Below, piece by piece: positions 10,167 through 20,801 of a DNA stretch of 64,000 bases. Source of the stretch: an uncultured delta proteobacterium (lineage in GTDB: Bacteria; Desulfobacterota; Desulfobacteria; Desulfobacterales; JAHEIW01). Position numbers and translations under genes: made by a program. Position 1 is the stretch's first letter. The number at the start of each line of letters is the position of its first letter. The stretch lies in contig CAVPNL010000005.1 of the NCBI GenBank assembly GCA_963706575.1, positions 96,001 to 160,000 on the forward strand, read 5' to 3'. The notes beneath the pieces were generated by a model. That model saw only the letters and a list, made by a program, of their open reading frames with translations, ran no database searches and was not told where the DNA came from.

Positions 10167-12755
10167 TCAATCCGCGGATTCAGGTGGGTTTTTTTCGGAT
10201 TTTGCGGTGGGCACGCCCAACGCTTCAACGGCTTTGGCTGCCTCCTCGGCTTTTGCCCTGGCCTTGGCAGACCGGCGGGTTGCTTTTTCGGCCTGTATTT
10301 CAGCGACTTTCAATTCTGATTTGAGTGCGTCGATTTTGGACCCATCGATTTGTGTTTCGCCGGCTTCAGTTTCAATTTGCTGCTGCAGTTTTTCTTTGGC
10401 GTTTGCGGCAGCAGCGGCGGTTGTTTCAGCATTTTTTTCTGTAGTTTTTACGCGCTTTTCGGCATCAGCCAAAGCATCTGCCGCTGCGGCAATTTCAGCC
10501 ACTTTTCCGTCTTCGGGCTCGGCCTCCAGTTCGATATCCTCAGCTGCCAGTACCAGTGCCGTCAGCGGCAGATCGGTCAGAATTTGTTCGACCGGCCGGT
10601 CAAATGGATCCACGGGCTGATTGCCTTTCAGACGGAACGGCAAAAATACGAGGGATGTCCCTTTTGAATATCCGATGACGTTGCTGGGTTTGGCATTAAA
10701 AACCATTTCAGGCTCGGCATCAATACGGGCGTTTTCAAGCTTCTGGCGAAAGTCTGCCATCGTGTCTTCAGTGGGGTGATCAAAGCTGGGTGCCAAAACG
10801 CGGATGCTGGCCCCCTGCCAGTCTTTATTGCGGGTCGTCAGATAGGCGAGCAACAGCATCAAGTGGCTGCTGGCATCATCCCACCACCACACATCGATCC
10901 GGCGCTCCTGGGCGGGGGTTGCTTTCAATCTTTCCCACTCTTCTTCATCTGTTTTTAAAACAATGATATGGCTGCCCAGGCGAAAAGCCGTCTTGATGCG
11001 ACGGCCATACAGAATTTCACGAATACCGCGTTTGGCGGTAGGTTCATGTTCGAACCAGTTCAATAAAATAGTATTCACTTTCAAGGGGCCGATCCCATAA
11101 GCCTGAACCAGGGTGTGGATTCCCTGAATCATTGTGGGTGCGACCAGAACCAGTGGAAAGGCCTCTGATTCGCTATCGGCGATGTCTTTGCGCAGCTCTT
11201 TTTCGGCCTCATCCCGCAGTTTCAGCATTTTGGGTCCTTCGCCCTCCAGGATGCGGACCACCGTCGCAAATCCGGTATCGCCTTCGAGCCATTCGGCAAA
11301 TTGCAGCAGACGCCGGCGACGATGGGCATCGTCTGAAAATACCAGTAACTGGGGCCGCCAATCCCGGGGATGTTCGGGCTCCTGGGCGGCCGCCAGAAGA
11401 TTGGTCCGAATGCGCTGAAGGTGGTAAGAGCGCCGGCTGTCCGCCCAGCGCGCCTGCCTGCTGGTGCGTTTCAGATATTGATGGATACCAAATAAGATCG
11501 CCATGGCCACGATGCCGGCCTTTAGATCAATCGCCAGCATCACCCCAAGGCAGGCCAGCGCGCCCGCCAGGCTCAGTCGCAGATCATACCAGCGGAAGCG
11601 CGGGCGAAACGAGGGGCTGCCGGCCCGGGCTTCAAAAAAAGTGGCATAATTCAAGAGGCCGTATGAAATCAAAAAAAACATCGAAACCACCGGGGCGATG
11701 ATGTTCAACTTTCCCAGACCGACGGTGGCAAAGGCGATGCCGGCGGCGAGTAAAACCCCCCTGCGCGGATTTCCGGTAGGGCCGTGGCCTTTGGCAAACG
11801 GCAATAAAAAAGGAAAGATGCGATCGGCGGACAAGGATTGCAAGATGCGGGGCGCTCCTAAAAAGGACGCCATAGCCGAGGATAGGGTGGCGGCAATCAC
11901 CCCCGCTCTAATCAGAAACGCCACGGCGGATACCCGTTTCATGGCATCATATTCGCCCATCAGCGTGCTTGCGGGCAGTGTGGCGGCAAAAACAACCCCT
12001 GCCAGGAAATAAACAACGATTGACAGGCCGACAGCCGTAAAGGTCCCGCGGGGCAGGCTTTGGCCGGCATCTTTTAAATCGCCGGACATGCTGACCCCCT
12101 GGGTAAAACCGGTAACGGCCGGGAAAAAGATGGCAAAAACAACCCAGAAACTTAAGCCCCCTTCAGGGGCGGTCCAGTTTTGGGCCAGCAACGCAGGGTC
12201 CCATTTTGAAATTCCGCCGATAAAAAAAGAAAAAAGGGCTGCCACCAGGATGGCCATTACGACGTATTGAAAGCGCGTGGCCCAGTCGGCGCCCAGCCAG
12301 GCAAAAATAAACAAAAGAGCCACGGCGCCGGCAGCAATGATCTGGGTGGAAAAGCCGGCCTGCAGGGCCAGACCTCGGGCGAGGACTTCTCCAAACCCGA
12401 TACAATAAAATCCGATCGAAACCGACTGGGCCAAAAACAGCACGATGCCGATGGCACCGCCGAATTCCGGCCCCAGTGTACGGGAGATCAGGTAATAATC
12501 GCCGCCGCCCTTGACTTTCAGGTTGGTGGCAATGGCAGACAGAGAAAAAGTGGTTAGCACCGAAATGCCGTTGGCCAGAGCCAATATGATCAAGGCTTGG
12601 CCCAGCCCCGCATTGCCGACCACAAAGCCCAGGCGCAGAAAAAGGATAATGCCGAGAATCGTCAGAATGCTGGGTGTAAAAACACCGGCAAAGGTCCCCA
12701 GGGTCCCAACTTTAGCGTCACCGGCCTGATTTTTAAAATGGGTTTGTGACATCAT
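10167..12755 (-). CDS. Cation-chloride cotransporter (SLC12/CCC-like) APC-superfamily permease with soluble C-terminal domain
   Basis: LGTFAGVFTPSILTILGIILFLR, GGGDYYLISRTLGPEFGG, FFPAVTG..G..MSGDL, WRPQLLV, IDVWW motifs. Start more likely ATG 12755/12752 than the ORF-track start. Confidence 0.9.
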   Translation of the reverse strand: MMSQTHFKNQAGDAKVGTLGTFAGVFTPSILTILGIILFLRLGFVVGNAGLGQALIILALANGISVLTTFSLSAIATNLKVKGGGDYYLISRTLGPEFGGAIGIVLFLAQSVSIGFYCIGFGEVLARGLALQAGFSTQIIAAGAVALLFIFAWLGADWATRFQYVVMAILVAALFSFFIGGISKWDPALLAQNWTAPEGGLSFWVVFAIFFPAVTGFTQGVSMSGDLKDAGQSLPRGTFTAVGLSIVVYFLAGVVFAATLPASTLMGEYDAMKRVSAVAFLIRAGVIAATLSSAMASFLGAPRILQSLSADRIFPFLLPFAKGHGPTGNPRRGVLLAAGIAFATVGLGKLNIIAPVVSMFFLISYGLLNYATFFEARAGSPSFRPRFRWYDLRLSLAGALACLGVMLAIDLKAGIVAMAILFGIHQYLKRTSRQARWADSRRSYHLQRIRTNLLAAAQEPEHPRDWRPQLLVFSDDAHRRRRLLQFAEWLEGDTGFATVVRILEGEGPKMLKLRDEAEKELRKDIADSESEAFPLVLVAPTMIQGIHTLVQAYGIGPLKVNTILLNWFEHEPTAKRGIREILYGRRIKTAFRLGSHIIVLKTDEEEWERLKATPAQERRIDVWWWDDASSHLMLLLAYLTTRNKDWQGASIRVLAPSFDHPTEDTMADFRQKLENARIDAEPEMVFNAKPSNVIGYSKGTSLVFLPFRLKGNQPVDPFDRPVEQILTDLPLTALVLAAEDIELEAEPEDGKVAEIAAAADALADAEKRVKTTEKNAETTAAAAANAKEKLQQQIETEAGETQIDGSKIDALKSELKVAEIQAEKATRRSAKARAKAEEAAKAVEALGVPTAKSEKNPPESAD

Positions 12756-12931
12756 TACATCCAAAAGTGCAAACAGGTTGAAGCAACCGCGCAAAGACAT
12801 TTGCCTTTGAATACGACATTTGTTACATTGACCCATCTTAAATATCTCATTCAAAATTAGCAACAGCTGTGATATCAATTTTAAAAAAAAGAGACGCTTC
12901 CCGCAGACACCCATAAACGATAGATGGTCCC

Positions 12932-13777
12932 ATGATTTTATCCCTGAACTATCCCTGGCGAATTTTGGTTATTATCGCCGTCGTTGTCGGAGTTCATGTC
13001 GCCGTCCTGATCATAAGAGCTGTTGGCAAGCGGCTGATGGCCGCCATGCCCCGGCGCTCATTTGCCAAAGCCCGCTCGCTTTTGGGTCTGCTGACGAGTA
13101 TTGCCATTTTTGTTCTCTATTTTGGAGCAGTTGGTTTTGTTCTAAAAGAATTCGGCGTTTCGTTGACGGCTTATCTCGCCAGCGCTTCGGTATTGGGCCT
13201 GGCGGTTGGATTCGGATCTCAAGGATTGGTACAGGATGTGGTTACCGGTCTGACACTTATTTTTTCGGATCTGGTAGATGTAGATGATATGGTAGAAATT
13301 TCAGGTCAAACCGGAATTGTTCAGACTATCGGTATGCGTTTTCTGGTACTGAAAAACCATCTGGGAGCCGAAGTATTTATACCCAATCGGACCATCACAA
13401 ATGTCATCAATTATCCCCGGGGATACGTGCGCTGTCTGGTAGATGTTACCTTAAGTCGGGAGCCAGAGATCGCCGACCGGATGGAGGCGTTGGTCCAATC
13501 CACTGTGACTTCCGCCTTCGAGCAATTTAGCGGTCTGTTTATTACCGAACCCACATCAGAAGGTCGTATAAAGACCAGTTCGGGCAAGGTGTTTTTGCGG
13601 ATCAAATTTCGGATCTGGCCCGGCCGCGGCACGGCGCTGGAAACCACACTTAAACAGGAAATCGTGCAGTCTTTGAAAGAGTTGGATGCCGCCTATCTCG
13701 ATTGGATGGTGACGGTTAATTATGAAGTGGAGCAGAAATTGGGCAGCGTCAAACCGTTTAAAGCGAATAAAATATAA
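12932..13777 (+). CDS. Small-conductance mechanosensitive channel (MscS family)
   Basis: LGLAVGFGSQGLVQDVVTG and FIPNRTI motifs. Confidence 0.88.
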   Translation: MILSLNYPWRILVIIAVVVGVHVAVLIIRAVGKRLMAAMPRRSFAKARSLLGLLTSIAIFVLYFGAVGFVLKEFGVSLTAYLASASVLGLAVGFGSQGLVQDVVTGLTLIFSDLVDVDDMVEISGQTGIVQTIGMRFLVLKNHLGAEVFIPNRTITNVINYPRGYVRCLVDVTLSREPEIADRMEALVQSTVTSAFEQFSGLFITEPTSEGRIKTSSGKVFLRIKFRIWPGRGTALETTLKQEIVQSLKELDAAYLDWMVTVNYEVEQKLGSVKPFKANKI

Positions 13778-13899
13778 GTCTACTGTGGCATCATCTGACG
13801 TCAGCATGCGTTGGAACCCAAGTCTTCACTTATCCGCTGGCGGGCATCGATGTGTACTTTTTAACACAAATTTTTTCTGTCATCAGGAGCAATGTGATT

Positions 13900-14661
13900 A
13901 TGAATGAGAAAATAAAAAACCGAACCATCATTTGCACGGTGGTCGTCGTTTCGTTGCTACTTATTTCAGGCCCCCACAGATGGGCACAGGGCGCCGAGGC
14001 GGATTCTTTGGAGCTTGTTTCTGAAGGGAAATTCCAGGCCCGGGCCGGTACATCCAAAACGCTCGCAAGGCAGATCGCGCTGTTTGAAGCCAAGAAAAAG
14101 GCGGTTGAATCTGCCGGACGATATCTTGCCGGCAAACATCTTGTTTTGAGCTACGAACAAAAAAAAGAAGAGATCTACAGCCTGGTCGCAACTAAAATCC
14201 ATTCAAATGTAATTGCTGAAAACGTGGAATCTTCCGGGAATACGTTTATTTTTCATATTCGTATCCGGGCCGCTATCCGTAGTTCTGACTATATCGAAGC
14301 CGATATTTTAGATAAACAAATGGAAATTAAGGAAGCCAATGAATCCTTAAAAGAGGAGCTTGAGCCCGAAATCACAGCTAAAATTGAACCGGGGGTGGAT
14401 ATCTCTGCAGCTTACAGGCTGCTGCGCAAAGAAAAATTGCGCCCGGCGATGATTTATCTAAATCGGTTAGAAAAAAAATACCCCAACTGGTCTGCGATTT
14501 ATATGGCCAAAGCCATGGGGTTCTATTTGCTGCATGATCCATCGAATATGAAAAAGGAACTAAAAAAGGCCTGTGCGGCCGGAAATGCACTTGCTTGCGA
14601 TGATTTAAAAAGTTTAAAGCGGGTGCGTCAATTTGATTTGGATACTGAAAAATCTAATTAA
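13900..14661 (+). CDS. Hypothetical exported protein with TPR-like C-terminus
   Basis: Long ORF with signal-peptide-like N-terminus; ARQIALFEAKKKAVE segment; LKKACAAGNALAC at the C-terminus. Confidence 0.6.
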   Translation: MNEKIKNRTIICTVVVVSLLLISGPHRWAQGAEADSLELVSEGKFQARAGTSKTLARQIALFEAKKKAVESAGRYLAGKHLVLSYEQKKEEIYSLVATKIHSNVIAENVESSGNTFIFHIRIRAAIRSSDYIEADILDKQMEIKEANESLKEELEPEITAKIEPGVDISAAYRLLRKEKLRPAMIYLNRLEKKYPNWSAIYMAKAMGFYLLHDPSNMKKELKKACAAGNALACDDLKSLKRVRQFDLDTEKSN

Positions 14662-14704
14662 ATCTTCGGCCGATTCCCAATCCGGCGCCATAACCGGCTT
14701 GCAG

Positions 14705-15625
14705 TCAGAGTTCTTCGGGTGTAAGGGCGACCACCTCGTCAATTTTTTTCGTATCGGCAAAAAGCATCACCAATCTATCCATTCCCAGGGCATTGCCGGC
14801 AGCTTCCGGCATATCTTTTAGCGCATCGAGGAATTTATCCGGCAGGGGATAAACGCACTTGCCGGAATCTCGGCGACGTTCCTGTTCACGTTCAAAGCGG
14901 GTTCTTTGTTCAACCGGGTCGGTCAACTCGCTGAAGGCGTTGCATATCTCCAGGCCGCCGATATATAATTCGAAGCGTTCGGCATAGCGGCTGTCTTGCG
15001 GTTTCAATCTGGCCAGTGCCCCGCGCGCAGCCGGATAATCATACAGAAAGATCGGCTGCGGTTGTGCGAGATTCGGTTCAATCGCCTCTACCATGATCTC
15101 ATCAAACCGGTCGGTTTCCAGGGCTGCATCCATCGTCATCGGTGTAAATTTTTCAAATGCTTCGGCAACCGATATTCGGCGCCAGGGAGGTGTCAGATCT
15201 ATTTCGCTGCCCTGGTAGGATATCATGTTTTTTGAACTTACCTGACGGGCAATGTGGCCGATTAGAGTTTCACACTCATTCATCATATCCAGATAACTGC
15301 TGTTCAAGCGATACCATTCCAGCAGGGTCATTTCCGGTAGATGAAGACGACCCCTTTCTCCCTGACGGAAACACTTACAGATCTGAAATATGCGCGGGAA
15401 ACCCGCAGCCAGCAATCGCTTCATGCAGATTTCCGGAGATGTTTGCAAAAACCAGTTGGCGGATTCAACCTCATCGATATGGGCCTCCGGCGCGGGGGCT
15501 GGAATCCGAATGGGTGTTTCGATTTCCAGGTAACCCTTATCAATAAAGAAATTGCGCACGGCCTGAATGACCCGGGCGCGGATGATGAGATTTTTGCGCA
15601 GCTTTTTTTGTCGATATCCGATCAT
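14705..15625 (-). CDS. epmA: EF-P lysine aminoacylase EpmA (GenX/PoxA)
   Basis: LysRS catalytic core without anticodon domain: FLQTSPEICMKRLLAAG, FRQGE, AERFELY, GNALGMDRLVM. Confidence 0.92.
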   Translation of the reverse strand: MIGYRQKKLRKNLIIRARVIQAVRNFFIDKGYLEIETPIRIPAPAPEAHIDEVESANWFLQTSPEICMKRLLAAGFPRIFQICKCFRQGERGRLHLPEMTLLEWYRLNSSYLDMMNECETLIGHIARQVSSKNMISYQGSEIDLTPPWRRISVAEAFEKFTPMTMDAALETDRFDEIMVEAIEPNLAQPQPIFLYDYPAARGALARLKPQDSRYAERFELYIGGLEICNAFSELTDPVEQRTRFEREQERRRDSGKCVYPLPDKFLDALKDMPEAAGNALGMDRLVMLFADTKKIDEVVALTPEEL

Positions 15626-15754
15626 CGAAATCCTTTAGAGCGATTAAAATTCGCCGAAGACAAAATGTGTATCTTATTTTGACAGTTTATTCCAGCTTGA
15701 ATATTGCGGCAGGAAAGTGCTATACATTTCTTCTTCATCAAATCGGAGGCCGAA

Positions 15755-16923
15755 TTGAAGAAACGGTTGATTTTGATCATTTTTCTGGTTTTGCTCTTAG
15801 GGGTAGGCGTGCTGGTTTACTGGGGTCAGAGAAAAGAGCGCATCGCCGAACTTTATTATTCGGGCACCATCGAAGCCACACAGGCCAATCTCGCTTTCCA
15901 GGTTAGCGGCCGGGTGAGCAAAGTTTTTTTTGACGAGGGGCAGGCGGTTGAAAAAAACCAGCTGCTCGCTGCGCTCGAAAAAGAAGAATTCAATGCGCGC
16001 CGGGATCAAGCCCGGTTTGATTTGATCCGATCCGGCGAAAATCTAAAACAACTGGAAACCCTTCTGGAGATCAATCGCAAAGTACTTCCGGCAGAAGTTG
16101 AAAGAGTCGAAGCATCGGCTCAGGCGCTGCAATCCCAACTGGCCGAACTTGAAGCCGGCTATCGCGTCCAGGAAGTCGATCAGGCCCGTTATGCTTATGA
16201 ACAGGCGCAATTTGCCCTGGAAGAGGCGCACAAAGATAAAATCCGATTCGACCGGCTTTTCGAAAGAAAAATCATTGCCGAAAATGATAAGGAGACTACT
16301 GATCTGAAATATGAAACTGCCTTAAAGGAATATGAACGCGCCAAGAAAGGCTATGAACTTCTTAAAGAAGGATATCGAAAAGAATCCATCGCAACCGCGC
16401 GGTCTCAAGATTGGCAGAAGGCCGGGCGGCCCTCAAACAGGCCAAAGTAATTTGAAAAAAATCGAGGCGGCTGAGCAGGAGGTGGAAGCTGGCAAAGCCC
16501 AGGTGCTTTCCGCTAAAGCAGCGCTCGAGCTGGCAAAGATCCAGCTGAAGCTATTCCGAATTGAGAGCTCCATTTAACGGTATTCTTGTCAGCCGCAATG
16601 TGGAACCCGGCGAGGTGGTTTCGCCCGGCCAGGAAGTCATCTCACTGGCCGATCTTGTCCGAAGTGGATCTGAAGGTTTTTGTGGCTGAAACCGAAATCG
16701 GAAAAGTTAAGCCCGGCCAAAAGGTGGATGTGAAAATCGATACTTTTCCAGCCAAAACCTATCCGGGAATGTCTCTTTTATTTCTCCCGAAGGCGAGTTT
16801 ACACCCAAAATTATCCAGACCCACAAGGAACGGGTGAAACTGGTGTATCTGGTCAAAATTACAATTCCCAATCCGGATCTCGAACTCAAATCCGGGATGC
16901 CCGCCGATGCCTGGTTCCGATAA
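15755..16923 (+). CDS. HlyD-family periplasmic adaptor (YbhG-like), frameshifted
   Basis: YSGTIEAT..LAFQVSGRV, long coiled coil, then EGEFTPKIIQT..ERVKLVY..LKSGMPAD in other frames. Confidence 0.85.
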
Positions 16924-17719
16924 TCGACCAGCTGCAGATTCGTCGCTCCGCAGCGATCGAATCTGCCGATCATCGAGGTGGAAGACGTATCCAAAAAATT
17001 TGGATCTTAACGGCTGTCTCCGACGTCTCTTTCGCGGTTCAGAGCGGGAACAATCTGCGGGCTGGTGGGATCAGACGGCGCCGGCAAAACCACGCTGTTT
17101 GCGAATGATTGCCACCATGATTCGTCCGACATCCGGGAAAATTCATTGTCGACGGTCTGGATGTCGTTAACCAAAAAGCTCGGGTCAAAGAAGTCGATCG
17201 GTTATATGCCCCAGCGGTTTGGTCTGTATCAGGATCTGACGGTCGCTGAAAACCTTGATTTTTTCATGGACATTTACGGCATCAGCGGGGCTGAAAGACA
17301 CAAGACGACGGAGACGTTATCTCGGGTTTTCCAATCTGTTGCCGTTTTTGCGATCGACAGGCCGGCGATCTTTCCGGCGGGATGAAGCAAAAACTGGGAT
17401 TGGCCTGTGTGCTTGGTGCACCAGCCCAAGGTACTGATTCTGGATGAACCGACCAACGGCGTCGATCCGGTATCGCGCCAGGAATTCTGGGATATTCTGG
17501 CTGAAATGAAGCGAAACGGCATGACCATTCTCGTTTCCACGGCCTATCTGGATGAAGGTGAAAAATGTGACCGACTGATCCTGATGCACAACGCGCGGAT
17601 TCTTGACATCGCCGACGCCTCATGAAATTCAGGCCGATTTTTCCGATCTTGAAGAAGCCATGATTCACCGGATCCAGGCGACAGACAATGCCATGGCTGA
17701 GGACAGTTTTGCATCCTGA
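16910..17719 (+). CDS. ABC transporter ATP-binding protein (YbhF-like), multiply frameshifted; ends approximate
   Basis: GSDGAGKTT, GYMPQRFGLYQDLTV, ILDEPTNGVDPVSR fragments in different frames. Confidence 0.8.
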
Positions 17720-18457
17720 AGCGGTCAATGTTTTAGAATCTCGAAAAACGATTCGGTCAATTTGTGGCCGTTGATCGGATTTCATTTTCCGTCCGAACCG
17801 GGAGAAATCTTTGGATTCCTGGGGCCCAACGGGGCCGGTAAATCCACCACCATTCGCATGCTCTGCGGCATCATCACCCCCAGCGCGGGAAGCGGCCATG
17901 TGGCCGGATACGATATTTTCACCCAGTCCGAGGAAATCAAACAGACCATCGGTTACATGTCCCAGAAATTTTCTCTGTATCTGGACATGACCCCTTTTGA
18001 AAACATCCGGTTTTATCTGGGCATTTACAATGTCCCCTCGCGTATTTGGAAAGAGCGCACGCAAGAAGTCCTGAAGATCACCCGTCTGACCAACATGCAA
18101 GACCGTCTGACCCGCGAGCTGCCGCCGGGATGGCGCCAGCGCCTGGCGTTGGGCTGCGCGCTTTTGCACCAGCCGAAATTATTGTTTCTGGATGAACCCA
18201 CCTCCGGCGTGGATCCGATTACCCGCCGGCATTTTTGGGAATTCATCAAGCAGCTCACCGGCGAGGGCGTCACCGTTTTTGTGACCACCCATTATATGGA
18301 CGAAGCCCAGCATTGCGACCGGGTGGTCATGATCAACGAAGGCAAAATCGTCGCCGCCGGCCCGCCGCGGAGATTATCCGCAGAGATATTTCCGGATCAG
18401 CCGGATGCGGATTTAAACGATGCTTTCGTCAAGTTGATGACCCGGAGGACGCCGTGA
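17693..18457 (+). CDS. ABC transporter ATP-binding protein; 5' part frameshifted, start approximate
   Basis: GFLGPNGAGKST, GYMSQKFSLY, LFLDEPTSGVDP, TTHYMDEA. Confidence 0.85.
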
Positions 18458-19590
18458 ATCCGAAAAACGTAAAGGCCATCGCCCGCAAGGAATATCTACC
18501 ACCTGATCCGGGATTTCCGCAGCCTTTACCTGGCCTTTATTATTCCCTTGCTTTTGATTTTGCTCTTCGGTTATGCGCTCAGCCTGGATGTGGAAAATAT
18601 AAAGACCGTGGTGGTTGATCATGATAAGACCACAGAGAGCCGTGATTTCATCCGCAAACTGAACGCTTCCGTCTATTTCAAAGTCATTGACCATCTTGCG
18701 GATAGTGCTGCGGCCATTGAGTCTCTTGACCGAAACCAGGCCATTTTAGCCATTGTGATTCCGCCCGGCTGGACAGCGGATCTTAAAGTCTGACCGCAAA
18801 AGTCCGCTGCAGGTGATCATTGACGGCAGTGATCCCAATTTTGCCGGCAGCACCCGGGCATACATCACGGCGTATATTTCCCGAGGCCAATCAGAATCAA
18901 CTGCTTGAATTTCTCAACCGTCAGGGTCTGGAAAAGATAAAGCCCCCGGTGGAGGGTCGCATCCGGGTTTGGTTTAACGAGGATCTGGAAAGCCGCAATT
19001 TTATCATTCCGGGGATTATTGCGATGATTATCATGATTGTCGGCGCCTTGCTGACATCGCTGGTGATCGCCCGGGAATATGAAAACGGAACCATGGAAAC
19101 CATCCGGTCGCTGCCGGTGCGGGCGGGTGAATTTTTAGTGGGAAAGGCCTTGCCCTATTTTTTTATCGGGCTTGTCGATGTGCTGGTGGCGATTTTAATG
19201 GGTCAGCTGTTGTTCGGTGTGGTCATGAAGTCCAGCTTCTGGTTGATGATGATGGCGTCCTCCGTTTATCTGGGGGTGGCGCTGTGCATCGGGCTGTTGA
19301 TTTCCACCCTGACCAAATCCCAATTGGTGGCCAATCAGATGGCGATTCTGGTGACCTATCTGCCGTCGCTGTTGCTTTCCAATTTTGTATTTCCAAAGGA
19401 AAACATGCCCGCAATTCTAAAAATGGTCACCTTTATCGTACCGGCCACCTATTTTATTGATATCCTCAACGGACTCTATTTGCGGAATCTGAGCCTTTCT
19501 TATCTGTGGCCCAGCTTCCTGGTTCTTTTTCTGATGTTTGTGTTTTTGATCACCATCAACATGGTCATTTTAAAAAAGGAGGGATTATGA
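18454..19590 (+). CDS. ABC-2 type permease (YbhS-like), frameshifted
   Basis: LFGYALSLDV, RVWFNEDLES, IAREYENGTME motifs across frames. Confidence 0.85.
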
Positions 19591-19591
19591 G

Positions 19592-20713
19592 ATGAGCGGG
19601 CTAAGAATCCGCGAGCTGGTCAGAAAAGAATTTATTCAGCTTTTCCGAGACAAGAAAAACAGACCGCTTTTGATTATTGCCCCGCTGGTGCAGCTGATTG
19701 TTTTTGGTTACGTGGTCACCACCGATGTTCGCGACATCCGGGTCGGGCTGGTCGATCAATCCCACACATCGGAAAGCCGCCGGTTCATGGATGCCATCGA
19801 CGGCAACAAAACGTTCAGGATTACTCATTATTTGAATCGTTCCGCAGACATTGACCGCCTGTTGCTTCAGCGGAAGATCGATTTGGGCGTTATCCTTCCG
19901 CCGGATTTCAGTTCACAAATTCGCAAAAGGGAGACTGCTGAAATCCAGATACTGGCAGACGGCAGCATGAGCAATATGGCTTCCATCAGAATTTCTTACG
20001 CCATGTCAGTGCTGGACAGCTTCAATAGCCAGCTCATCCGAGAGCTTTATGCCAAACGAATCGATTACGGGGAAATCGACGGGCGCATCCGTACCTGGTA
20101 CAATCCGAACCTGGACAGCCAGTATTTTTATGTGCCGGGTATTGTCGCATTTCTGGTGATGTTGCTATCTTTGCTGTTTACCTCCATGGCGATTGTGCGC
20201 GAAAAGGAATCCGGCACCATGGAACAGCTGATCGTGACGCCTTTAAAACCCTTTGAGCTGATCTTGGGTAAAACCATTCCGTTTATCATCATTTCTCAGG
20301 CTCAGATGATACTGGTAATCGTCTTTGCCATATTCTGGTTCAAAATTCCGATGGTCGGCAATGCATTCTTATTGCTCGGTGCCACCTTTATCTTCCTGAT
20401 CAGCACCCTCGGTATCGGGCTTTTCATATCGACGGTTTCCAAAACCCAGCAACAGGCCATGATGACGAATTTTTTCTTCATTCTGCCTTTTTTTATGCTC
20501 AGCGGTTTTGTGTTTCCGATTGCCAATATGCCGACGGTGGTTCAATGGTTAACGTATTTAAATCCATTGCAGTATTTTCTGGTGATCGTGAGGGGAATTT
20601 TTCTTAAAGGAACGGGGTTGGCGGTTCTCTGGCCTCAATTTGTCGGTCTGGTGATTCTGGGAGGGATCGTTTTTTCAGCAGCGGTGAATCGTTTTAATAA
20701 ACGACTGGATTAA
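19592..20713 (+). CDS. ABC-2 type permease (YbhR-like)
   Basis: RKEFIQLFRD, WYNPNL, IVREKESGTMEQL, LSGFVFPIANMP. Confidence 0.92.
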   Translation: MSGLRIRELVRKEFIQLFRDKKNRPLLIIAPLVQLIVFGYVVTTDVRDIRVGLVDQSHTSESRRFMDAIDGNKTFRITHYLNRSADIDRLLLQRKIDLGVILPPDFSSQIRKRETAEIQILADGSMSNMASIRISYAMSVLDSFNSQLIRELYAKRIDYGEIDGRIRTWYNPNLDSQYFYVPGIVAFLVMLLSLLFTSMAIVREKESGTMEQLIVTPLKPFELILGKTIPFIIISQAQMILVIVFAIFWFKIPMVGNAFLLLGATFIFLISTLGIGLFISTVSKTQQQAMMTNFFFILPFFMLSGFVFPIANMPTVVQWLTYLNPLQYFLVIVRGIFLKGTGLAVLWPQFVGLVILGGIVFSAAVNRFNKRLD

Positions 20714-20801
20714 GCCACTAAATTATTTAAAGAAGCCGAAACAACCCGTGTTTGATGGGGTCGAAAAATAGGATTACTTTGTTTTAGTTGCCTATTTATT
20801 G

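Noticed and set aside
17282..18169. Long antisense ORFs (this 295-aa ORF and similar ones opposite other genes)
   Set aside because: Shadow ORFs fully overlapping well-supported genes on the other strand, with no recognisable motifs.
18785..18800. In-frame TGA in the ABC permease as selenocysteine
   Set aside because: Homology continues in a different frame, so it is an indel artefact.
16400..18900. Dense frameshifts in the HlyD/ABC operon, also in the SH3, DUF748, kup, dedA and DUF1611 genes, as programmed frameshifting or pseudogenisation
   Set aside because: Scattered single-base indels with well-conserved protein motifs and no consistent slippery site are best explained by sequencing or assembly error. 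Read-level data would be needed to exclude real decay.
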